Shown: positions 1 through 7,581 of the stretch, piece by piece
Layout of the letters: each line of letters starts with the position of its first letter
Position numbering within the stretch: position 1 is the stretch's first letter
Assembly: GCA_037445915.1 (NCBI GenBank)
Contig: JBBIJQ010000013.1
Span: 4,175-18,051, forward strand
Origin: Planctomycetales bacterium
Lineage (GTDB): Bacteria; 4484-113
Length of the DNA stretch: 13,877 nucleotides
Direction: 5' to 3'
Program-made: the position numbers and the translations under genes
The notes under the pieces: model-generated
Database searches by the model: none
Told to the model about the DNA's origin: nothing
What the model saw: only the letters and a program-made list of their open reading frames with translations

Positions 1-2
1 TG

Positions 3-836
3 CCGGATAAAGTTGAAAGCCCGGTCAAGGTTTATCGTTCATTTCCCGGCAATCCGATAAACACCGCCTGCCGCATTGCGCGCGATGTAGGAGGCGTCTT
101 TATATCGCCAGGAAACACAGGCTTGGTAATGACGGCCGCGCTGTTTGAGATGGGGCGCATTCACGGCGTGGAGCGCCCTCCGATAGCGACGCCGTGGCCA
201 ACCGCAAAAAAGATGTTGTTCTCGCTGGATTCCGGAGCGAATGTTGACCTGCGCCCGCTGCACCTTCACCAGTTCGCCCACATCGGCAAAGTTTACGTGG
301 AGCGCGTTTTCAGCCGCCCCAACCCGGCCATCGGCCTGCTTAGCAACGGCAGCGAGGACTACAAAGGCAATGCGCTGGTACGAGAGGCGTTTAAGCTGCT
401 ATCCGCCGACAGATCGCTTAACTTCATCGGATTCATTGAGGGGCAGAACTTCTTCGCCGGGGATATAGACGTTCTGGTGCATGATGGCTTTCTCGGCAAC
501 ATCCTCCTGAAGTTCGCCGAGGGCCTTGCTTCAACTGTAAACAAGATGCTTCGCGACGAGATCCGCGCCAGCCTGTTCGCCGCGCTCGCGACCTCGCTTT
601 TCCTGCGGCCTGCGCTGCGCCGTTACAAGAAGCGGTTTGATTACACCGAATTCGGCGGCGCGCCGCTGCTTGGCGTGAAAGGGAATGTCGTCATTTGCCA
701 CGGGCGCAGCGATGCTAACGCGATAAAGAATGCTATTCGCTGGAGCGTGGGCATGGTGGACGAGGATATCGCTCATGGCATAGAGCAGGAGTTAGCTGAA
801 ATTGGCTTAGTTACGAATAACGGGGATGGCGCGTAA
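3..836 (+). CDS. plsX: Phosphate acyltransferase PlsX (5'-truncated by window edge)
   Basis: The frame of ORF 123..836 is open from position 3 (PDKVESPVKVY...FISPGNTGLVM). PlsX motifs: SPGNTG, GVERPPIA, LDSGAN, IGLLSNGSEDYKGN, FIGFIEG, DGFLGNILLKFAEG, GGAPLLGVKG..ICHGRS. Lies directly upstream of fabH. Confidence 0.96.
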   Translation, partial: PDKVESPVKVYRSFPGNPINTACRIARDVGGVFISPGNTGLVMTAALFEMGRIHGVERPPIATPWPTAKKMLFSLDSGANVDLRPLHLHQFAHIGKVYVERVFSRPNPAIGLLSNGSEDYKGNALVREAFKLLSADRSLNFIGFIEGQNFFAGDIDVLVHDGFLGNILLKFAEGLASTVNKMLRDEIRASLFAALATSLFLRPALRRYKKRFDYTEFGGAPLLGVKGNVVICHGRSDANAIKNAIRWSVGMVDEDIAHGIEQELAEIGLVTNNGDGA

Positions 837-863
837 CGGCGCGCTATCCTGCTAGTAACGCAT

Positions 864-886
864 TTCACTTGTGAATGGACTATAAT
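864..886 (+). promoter_or_regulatory. Putative internal promoter -10 box (TATAAT) upstream of fabH, with a short palindrome
   Basis: Perfect TATAAT at 881-886 in the GC-rich plsX-fabH gap. TTCAC-TT-GTGAA inverted repeat at 864-875. No convincing -35 at 17-bp spacing. Confidence 0.4.
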
Positions 887-954
887 GCTCTGGGGCTTGC
901 AGGAGACGCCCGCAGCTTCGCTTCACTGAAAATAGCTACTCGTTGGAGACGCGA

Positions 955-1950
955 ATGGAATACAATGTAATCATCAAAGGCACCGGCAGATACGCGCCGG
1001 AACTTATCATCACAAATGAGGGGTGGTCCAGGATAGTTGAGACCGACGACGAATGGATTACCACGCGCACTGGCATTAAAGAGCGCCGCTGGGTTGCGCC
1101 CGGCGAAACAAGCTCTTCATTGGCAGAGAAGGCTGCAATGAAAATACTGGCGTCTGCAGGCGCTTCGGCCGAAGATGTTGAGTTGATAATCGTCCCCACT
1201 GTCACGCCAGAACGAGTGTTTCCAGCGACTGCATCAATCCTCCAAGGAAGGATTGGAGCCGCCAAGGCAGCGTGCTTTGACATCAACGCCGCGTGCAGCG
1301 GCTTCATCTACGCCTTGAACACTGCCGCAAACTTCCTCTACTCCGGCCAATACAAGAACGCCCTTGTCATCGGCAGCGAAGTGATGAGCATCCTCTGCAA
1401 CCAGACCGACCGTAATAGCTGCGTCCTCTTTGGCGACGCGGCGGCAGGCGTATATATTGAGGCCGTCCCACGCGGCGAGCCGAGGCGCGGGCTGCAAGGC
1501 TTTACGCTGGGAAGCGATGGAACAATCGTGGATATCCTCTACCAATATGCCGGCGGGAGCGCTGCGCCAACTACGCCGCGTTCTGCGCTTGACGAGCAGC
1601 ACTTCATTTATATGGAGGGACAGGAAGTCTTCAAACGCGCAGTCCGTGCGATGTCACAGGCGTGCCTTGACGCGCTTGAGATTGGCGGCGGCAAAGCGGA
1701 AGATGTGAAGTGGTTCATCGCCCACCAGGCCAACATGCGCATTGTTGACGCCGTTCAGAAGCGGCTGGGCGTGCCTGCTGAAAAAGTCTACTGCAACATC
1801 CAACGCTACGGCAACACAACTTCGGCATCCATCCCCCTGTGCCTTGACGAGCTGAACGAGCAGGGCCAGCTTCAGGCAGGCGACAAGGTCGTCATCGTCG
1901 CTTTTGGCGCAGGCTTGACTTGGGCTGGATGCTATCTCATCTGGGATTGA
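955..1950 (+). CDS. fabH: Beta-ketoacyl-ACP synthase III
   Basis: WITTRTGIKERR; catalytic Cys (AACSGF), His (AHQAN) and Asn (YGNTTSASIP); LFGDAA; AFGAGLTW. ATG 955 is preferred over TTG 943 because GGAG at 945-948 is correctly spaced. Confidence 0.97.
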   Translation: MEYNVIIKGTGRYAPELIITNEGWSRIVETDDEWITTRTGIKERRWVAPGETSSSLAEKAAMKILASAGASAEDVELIIVPTVTPERVFPATASILQGRIGAAKAACFDINAACSGFIYALNTAANFLYSGQYKNALVIGSEVMSILCNQTDRNSCVLFGDAAAGVYIEAVPRGEPRRGLQGFTLGSDGTIVDILYQYAGGSAAPTTPRSALDEQHFIYMEGQEVFKRAVRAMSQACLDALEIGGGKAEDVKWFIAHQANMRIVDAVQKRLGVPAEKVYCNIQRYGNTTSASIPLCLDELNEQGQLQAGDKVVIVAFGAGLTWAGCYLIWD

Positions 1951-1966
1951 TATAAAGGGGCTGACC

Positions 1967-2929
1967 ATGAAATTGGCTATCGCCTTCCCCGGCCAGGCTT
2001 CACAGCAGGTTGGGATGGGACATGACTTCTTCGCCGAATACCCGGTTGTCCAGGATCTCTTCCATCAAGCCGACGAAGTTCTTGGCTATCCGCTTTCGCG
2101 CATCATTTTTGAAGGCCCGGAAGAAGAGCTTACGCTGACCGCCAACGCCCAGCCTGCAATACTCACAGTTAGTTATGCTGCCTGGAAAGTGTTGGAGGCT
2201 TTCATCCCAGAAAGGGCCGCGCTCACGATGGCTGGGCACAGCCTCGGCGAATACTCCGCGCTAGTCGCCTCCGGCGCGATGGACTTCACAGACGCTGTCC
2301 GAATCGTCCATCATCGCGGCAAATACATGCAGGAAGCGGTGCCGGTAGGGCAGGGGAAGATGGCTGCGGTCATAGGCTTGCCGCTGGAGAAGATAGAGGA
2401 AGTCTTGGCCAGCCTTGACCTTGGCGGAGAAGTCGCGCAACTTGCTAACATAAACAGCCCCGACCAAATCGCCATCTCCGGCAGCGCCGCTGGCATAGAC
2501 ATGGCTGCCAAGCCGATGCAGGATGCTGGTGCGAAACGATTCCTAGAGCTGAAGGTCAGCGCACCTTTCCACAGCAGCCTGATGGTCCCTGCTGCCGACA
2601 TGCTAAGGCCTGAGCTGGACAAAGTGAAGTTCAGCGTCCCGCGCTGGCCGGTTATCGCAAACCTCACCGCGTCCGAGTATCCTGCCGGTGTAGCGGAGTA
2701 TCCTGGACTGCTTTACCGCCAGATATTTTCGCCTGTGCGCTGGGTGGAATCGGCGCAGAATATGGCTGCGCGCCAGCCCGAAGGTATCATTGAAGTCGGC
2801 CCGGGCAAAGTGCTGAAGATGCTCAACGCGCGAATCTGCCGCGAAATCCCCTGTTCAGGCGTTGGCGATATGAACAGCTTCAAGGCGATGCTGGCATACC
2901 TTTCAGGCGAAACCGGCTTTCCCAGCTAA
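1967..2929 (+). CDS. fabD: Malonyl-CoA:ACP transacylase
   Basis: FPGQASQQVGMG, AQPAIL, catalytic GHSLGEY, RGKYMQEA, ANINSPDQ, VSAPFHS, SPVRW, EVGPGKVL. AAGGGG RBS at 1955-1960. Confidence 0.97.
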   Translation: MKLAIAFPGQASQQVGMGHDFFAEYPVVQDLFHQADEVLGYPLSRIIFEGPEEELTLTANAQPAILTVSYAAWKVLEAFIPERAALTMAGHSLGEYSALVASGAMDFTDAVRIVHHRGKYMQEAVPVGQGKMAAVIGLPLEKIEEVLASLDLGGEVAQLANINSPDQIAISGSAAGIDMAAKPMQDAGAKRFLELKVSAPFHSSLMVPAADMLRPELDKVKFSVPRWPVIANLTASEYPAGVAEYPGLLYRQIFSPVRWVESAQNMAARQPEGIIEVGPGKVLKMLNARICREIPCSGVGDMNSFKAMLAYLSGETGFPS

Positions 2930-2939
2930 GCCTCGCGCA

Positions 2940-2957
2940 ATGTTATACTCATAACAT
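2940..2957 (+). promoter_or_regulatory. Extended -10 promoter (TG-T-TATACT) overlapped by a perfect 7-bp palindrome (candidate operator)
   Basis: TG at 2941-2942 and TATACT at 2944-2949. ATGTTAT-ACTC-ATAACAT spans 2940-2957 in the 43-bp gap after fabD. Confidence 0.55.
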
Positions 2958-2972
2958 CCTGCTCTTTTACAG

Positions 2973-5885
2973 GTGATTGTTTTGAGGATAACGTCTACTC
3001 AAACTGCTTGCGTTTTTCTAAGCGTCTTTGCTTCGTTCATACTTGTCGCGTGCAGCCAAAGTTCGCGGCTGGCTCCGCAAATAGCGCAAGAAGCTGCGCT
3101 GATGAGCGTAACTTCTGAAAGCGCGCAGCTATCCTTCGCGCTTTCAACTAACCAGTCTCGCCCTCTCTGGATAGCCATTCATCCCGAAGATACTGCCTGC
3201 GCGGAGATTCGGCGCGTGCAGTTTTACCCAAAGGCGGGTGAGATTGTTGTTGAAGCGTCCGCCGGGGAGCCGTCATTCCTCTACGGCTACCTGGCTTTGC
3301 CGGAAGGAGTGGGGCTTTCGTCAAGCGGCATTGATCCGCAGCCTGACATCTCGCTGGTGTTGGAGGCTAAGCCCGGTCTGGTTGCGGTCGGCGCGTATAT
3401 TGAAAAGGGAGTTACGCGCGTACGCCTCGCGTTAGGCGCTCCCTCGGCCGAAAAGAAAGCGCTGGCGATTCCGCAGGATGCAGCTAATTCAGTCCTACTC
3501 ACTGTAACCGACTCCGGCGGGCCGCAGCTTTCATGGGAGGAGCGCAACATCGGAGACTATGATATGAACGGAACAGTCGGCATCACTGATATTACCCCGC
3601 TTGCGATGTTCTACAACGATACGAAGCCATGGGATGCGTGGCATGATGCGGTAGATGGCGATAACAGCGGGGATATCAAGGTTGCCGACGTCACCCCCAT
3701 CGCAATGCATTTCGCGAACAAGGTTACTGGTTACCGCGTAATGCGCCATGCCGACGGCTCAGGTAGCTGGTCGCAACTTGCCGTCGCGCCGCGCCCCTAC
3801 GACCCTAGCGCTCCCGGTGAGACCAAGGCGCGCCCAACATATACTTGGAATGACACTGCGCCCATAGGCGCTTCGTTCTACGCAGTCCAGCCTGCGGACG
3901 GCGAAGGTTCGTTTGGCATCTCCAGCAATGTTGCGCCTTTCGGCTCGCCGGTTAATGCCCCGCCAGCTGTCCCGCCGATTGTGAATAACGAGCCTCCTCC
4001 TGACACGCTTGACCTAAGCCTCGGCGAAGTGGCAATGCTCCCGGACATAACAACCAGCGCAACCTACTCGCTCCCGACTGCCGCCGGCCAGGAATACCTG
4101 CTCGTGCTGACGTCAGAATCAGATGTTTATGAGGGCTTAGACCCAGAGGAAAGCTTCAATGCGGCGGTTACATACGATGAGAGCGGGACATCGTCAGTCA
4201 CCTCGCTGCCGCCAGCAGGCAATAGAATGTGGTCGCCGCTCAGGGAGCCGACCTTCATGGCGAACCGCTCAGAGCAAGAACGTGAAATTGTGATGTCGGC
4301 GGGAAAGAACATAAGCGCATCGCCGGCGAAGCGCGCGTCTGCGAATGTTAACGATACGCGCAGCTTTGATATCGTTTTCGTCGATGGCGACATGACGGAT
4401 GTGGATACGACGATAACCGCTAAATGCGTATCTACTGGCCCACGCGGCGAATTGTGGATAGACACGCGCGAAGATGACGGGCGCATAACGCTCACCCAGT
4501 TAAATTTCCTCCAAAACTGGCTGGATACACATCTCGTTGAGTTTGAAGAAGCCACTTACGGCTATATGATGCTACACAACGGCAGCGCAAGTGATGATCC
4601 TAAGTTAACTATCGTCTTCACCGAAGAGATAAATAAGCTGCCAGGGCTTATCGGCGGCATGTTTGTCGCCAACGACTTGCAGCCGGCGGCAGTTGGAAGC
4701 AACTCGTGTAATGCAATCTACATGCAGGTTCCTGACCCGTCAGGTGCGTTTGAGCTTGCCGGCCCCGTCTCGGATGAAGATTTCATGGACCAATTGGTCT
4801 CAACCCCGGCGCATGAGCTTCAGCACCTTATTAACTTCTCCAACCGCCTGCGGTCATTCCAGACTGTCGGTGGAACATTTGTAACTGAAGAGGCATGGGT
4901 TAATGAAGGGCTTTCGCACTTCACTGAGGATTTAGTGGGCTTCCAATCCGAGAATAACTTCGTATCGCCCGACCATTACCTAGTTACGACTCCATGGGTT
5001 GAACTCCCGGGCGGCAACACTGGAAACCCGAGTATCTTCCGCCGTGGCGCAGGTTACCTGTTCATGCGTTACATCTACGACCGCTACGGTATAGGCGTCC
5101 TGGATTCTCTGCTTCAGCGTAATCCTGCCGTAACGGCGCTTGCGGGCAGGAACAATGTAGAGACAGCAGTCGGAGGCACAAGCTTGACCGACTTGCTTCT
5201 GGGCAACGGCGTTGCGATGTATGCCGCGGGCCTCGGGCTTAGCACAGGCGTTCAGTACCGTTATGCGCCTGTTTCAGTAAACGCGCTAACCACTGTCCAG
5301 CATGGTGTCAACTTCCGTGGGCCAAACACGAGCAACAGCGGACTGGATTACATGGTTGGCGAACCGCTAGCGTATTTGCTCGCTCCTGACGGCCCAAGCA
5401 GTCGCACATATGTTGCGCGCAAGAATGCTTTGCTGTTTGTCAGGCTTATTCCCGGGACTGCTGATTACGGGAAGTTGACGGTTACCGCCCAGGGCGGCAA
5501 TGCAATCCAGGCCGCGGTTGTCCGCATAGACAGTGGCGAGATTGTGCAAGAAGCTTCGGCGGGGAACCTTGCTGATGGCGGGCTGGTTATGGGCAACCTC
5601 TCGGCTGCTTCTGAAGAGGATCAATACGTGATCAACATCCCATCGCCCCGTGATTTCATCTTCCGCGTCATCGCGCTCACTTCTTCAATAGGCGAATTCG
5701 CATTCTCTATTAATGGCAGCCTGAAGCCCAACCATGCGTATGACCCCGATACGGCGGCAGGCCCGCCGCCGGGCGTTTACCAGCTTCACACGTCGTTTAT
5801 AACTTCGGGGACTTACAACTTGGCCGTTTCCGCAGAAGGCGGCGCGACCGGCGAATACTATCTTCTTGTGATGCCCTCTAGCTAA
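2973..5885 (+). CDS. Large lipoprotein: dockerin-like/Fn3-like module, HExxH zinc metallopeptidase (gluzincin, M30-like) and PPC-like C-terminal domain
   Basis: Lipobox LVA-C (Cys27, 3051). Two EF-hand-like loops, DYDMNGTVGITD and DGDNSGDIKVAD (3552-3713). Pro-rich linker. HELQH (4812-4826) with WVNEGLS (E at 4905). C-terminal GNLSAASEEDQY...SGTYNLAV...TGEYYL. The start may instead be TTG 2982 (AGGTGA RBS at 2971-2976). Confidence 0.8.
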   Translation: MIVLRITSTQTACVFLSVFASFILVACSQSSRLAPQIAQEAALMSVTSESAQLSFALSTNQSRPLWIAIHPEDTACAEIRRVQFYPKAGEIVVEASAGEPSFLYGYLALPEGVGLSSSGIDPQPDISLVLEAKPGLVAVGAYIEKGVTRVRLALGAPSAEKKALAIPQDAANSVLLTVTDSGGPQLSWEERNIGDYDMNGTVGITDITPLAMFYNDTKPWDAWHDAVDGDNSGDIKVADVTPIAMHFANKVTGYRVMRHADGSGSWSQLAVAPRPYDPSAPGETKARPTYTWNDTAPIGASFYAVQPADGEGSFGISSNVAPFGSPVNAPPAVPPIVNNEPPPDTLDLSLGEVAMLPDITTSATYSLPTAAGQEYLLVLTSESDVYEGLDPEESFNAAVTYDESGTSSVTSLPPAGNRMWSPLREPTFMANRSEQEREIVMSAGKNISASPAKRASANVNDTRSFDIVFVDGDMTDVDTTITAKCVSTGPRGELWIDTREDDGRITLTQLNFLQNWLDTHLVEFEEATYGYMMLHNGSASDDPKLTIVFTEEINKLPGLIGGMFVANDLQPAAVGSNSCNAIYMQVPDPSGAFELAGPVSDEDFMDQLVSTPAHELQHLINFSNRLRSFQTVGGTFVTEEAWVNEGLSHFTEDLVGFQSENNFVSPDHYLVTTPWVELPGGNTGNPSIFRRGAGYLFMRYIYDRYGIGVLDSLLQRNPAVTALAGRNNVETAVGGTSLTDLLLGNGVAMYAAGLGLSTGVQYRYAPVSVNALTTVQHGVNFRGPNTSNSGLDYMVGEPLAYLLAPDGPSSRTYVARKNALLFVRLIPGTADYGKLTVTAQGGNAIQAAVVRIDSGEIVQEASAGNLADGGLVMGNLSAASEEDQYVINIPSPRDFIFRVIALTSSIGEFAFSINGSLKPNHAYDPDTAAGPPPGVYQLHTSFITSGTYNLAVSAEGGATGEYYLLVMPSS

Positions 5886-6973
5886 TGGAAGTCATCGTCA
5901 TTTCAGACGGCAAGAAAGGGCACGTGAACCAGAGCTTAGCGCTCGCTGAGCTTCTGGGCGCGCAGTGCATTCATGTATTGACGCTGAAGAGGCTGGAGAC
6001 AACACGCGATTTTCTGGCGCGCTTGTTTTCTTTTGCGCTCTCGCCGAAAAATTACCCGTCAAGCTGGCGCAGAAGCATCATGCGAAGGTGCGTCGGCATC
6101 GCATCGCTGCCCAAGCTGAATAATCCCGGTGAAAAGCCCGTAGTCATCGCCACAGGGACACGCTCTTCGGTTGCCTCGCTTGCGCTGGCAGGCGAGATGG
6201 GCGCGCGCACGCTGCACATCCTTTCCCCGTCGCTTGTCCCCTACCGGCTCTTTGACGCCGTTGTGCTGCCGCAGCATGATTTGAACCGCAAGCCACAGCC
6301 AAATGTCCTTGCGCTTCCCATCGCGTTGGGGCCGGTTGGCGGAAAGAGTGTTGAAAATTCCCTGGATGAAATGAAACGCCGGCTCGGAGCGGACAGTATC
6401 CCTTCTGGCGATTACATCGCCGTCCTGATAGGCGGCGACTCTGCGCACTACGAGATGAAGGAAACTTCCATCGTCGCCGCGATAGAGAAGCTCGTCGCGT
6501 TAGCAAGGAAGAGCTCCGCGCTCATACTCCTTACAACGTCGCGCCGCACGCCTTCTTCCATTGAAAGCCGTTTACAAGCCATCGCCCATGCAAATTCCGA
6601 ATCCTTCGCTTTCTGTGTTTGGGGCAAGACAGATCAATACAACCCCATCCCTGCCTTTCTGGACTTGGCGAAGGCAGTCGCCGTAACGGAAGAAAGCGTT
6701 TCCATGGTCTCCGAGGCGGTACTCGCAGGGCATCAGCCGCTCATTATCCCCGTCGCCAGCCGAGGCCGTTCGCGCAAGTTTACCCGCTTCTACAGCTTTC
6801 TTGAAGAGCGAGATCTTGTGCGGAAGCTTCCTTTTGAAGGAAGCTGGGAGGAACAATGGGACGCGTCGCTAAGCGTTTTGCGCCAAAGCCAACCTGAAAT
6901 GTCCGAATCCATCGGCTTGCCTCAAGTGATAAGCAAGCTGCAAAAGCTGCTGAAGCTGGAGAAAAGCCCTTAA
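5885..6973 (+). CDS. ELM1 (mitochondrial fission ELM1-like)/GtrOC1-family putative glycosyltransferase
   Basis: SDGKKGHVNQSLALAE, FDAVVLPQHD, VLIGGDS, TTSRRTP, YNP..FL, VTEESVSMVSEA are characteristic of this family. Start overlaps the upstream stop (TAATG). Confidence 0.85.
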   Translation: MEVIVISDGKKGHVNQSLALAELLGAQCIHVLTLKRLETTRDFLARLFSFALSPKNYPSSWRRSIMRRCVGIASLPKLNNPGEKPVVIATGTRSSVASLALAGEMGARTLHILSPSLVPYRLFDAVVLPQHDLNRKPQPNVLALPIALGPVGGKSVENSLDEMKRRLGADSIPSGDYIAVLIGGDSAHYEMKETSIVAAIEKLVALARKSSALILLTTSRRTPSSIESRLQAIAHANSESFAFCVWGKTDQYNPIPAFLDLAKAVAVTEESVSMVSEAVLAGHQPLIIPVASRGRSRKFTRFYSFLEERDLVRKLPFEGSWEEQWDASLSVLRQSQPEMSESIGLPQVISKLQKLLKLEKSP

Positions 6974-7581
6974 TGGACGCCAGTTCGCCGAAGCCAGCGA
7001 AGCTCAAGCAGGGAACTTATCTCGTCCTAATGAGGGTGCGCATCTACTCCGGCGGCCTTTTCCCTCTGGCGATGCTCGTCATCGGACGATGGGATCCGGT
7101 GATGTTCGCGCTAGGCGTTGTGTGGATTGCGCTGGGGGAATCGTTGCGCCTGTATTCTGCCGGGGTTCTGCGTAAAAACGAAGAACTATCACGCTCAGGC
7201 CCGTATGCGATGTGCCGCAACCCGCTTTACCTGGGAACGATACTCATCCAGCTTGGGTTTGGGCTGCTTTCGGGAAGCTGGCTGCTCGCGCTGATTGCGC
7301 TTGCCTGGTTTGCCTTCATTTATACGTGGGTCATCCTGCTTGAGGAGAAGTGGCTCGCAGATTTGTTCGGCGGGGAATACCGCGATTACCTGCACGCCAC
7401 GCCGCGCCTGCTGCCATCTTTGCGCTCCCTTTCAAGCCTGGGCGGGAATGTGAAGTTTTCGTGGAAGCAAGCCAAGGTTAACCACGAACTTAAGTCAGCG
7501 GTCGCTTCCGTGATTGGCATAGCGTTCTTTCTGATAAAATACGCATTCGCCTTATGGTCTCTTCCCCTAAATCTCTGGTAG
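6973..7581 (+). CDS. Isoprenylcysteine carboxyl methyltransferase (ICMT/PEMT-like) family membrane methyltransferase
   Basis: Several hydrophobic segments; GESLRLYSAG, L.RSGPYAMCRNPLYLG, EEKWLADLFGGEYRDYLHATPR. TAATG coupling to the previous gene. Confidence 0.88.
   Translation: MDASSPKPAKLKQGTYLVLMRVRIYSGGLFPLAMLVIGRWDPVMFALGVVWIALGESLRLYSAGVLRKNEELSRSGPYAMCRNPLYLGTILIQLGFGLLSGSWLLALIALAWFAFIYTWVILLEEKWLADLFGGEYRDYLHATPRLLPSLRSLSSLGGNVKFSWKQAKVNHELKSAVASVIGIAFFLIKYAFALWSLPLNLW

Noticed and set aside
864..875. Rex operator
   Set aside because: Half-sites are in the opposite order and spacing to TTGTGAA-N4-TTCACAA.
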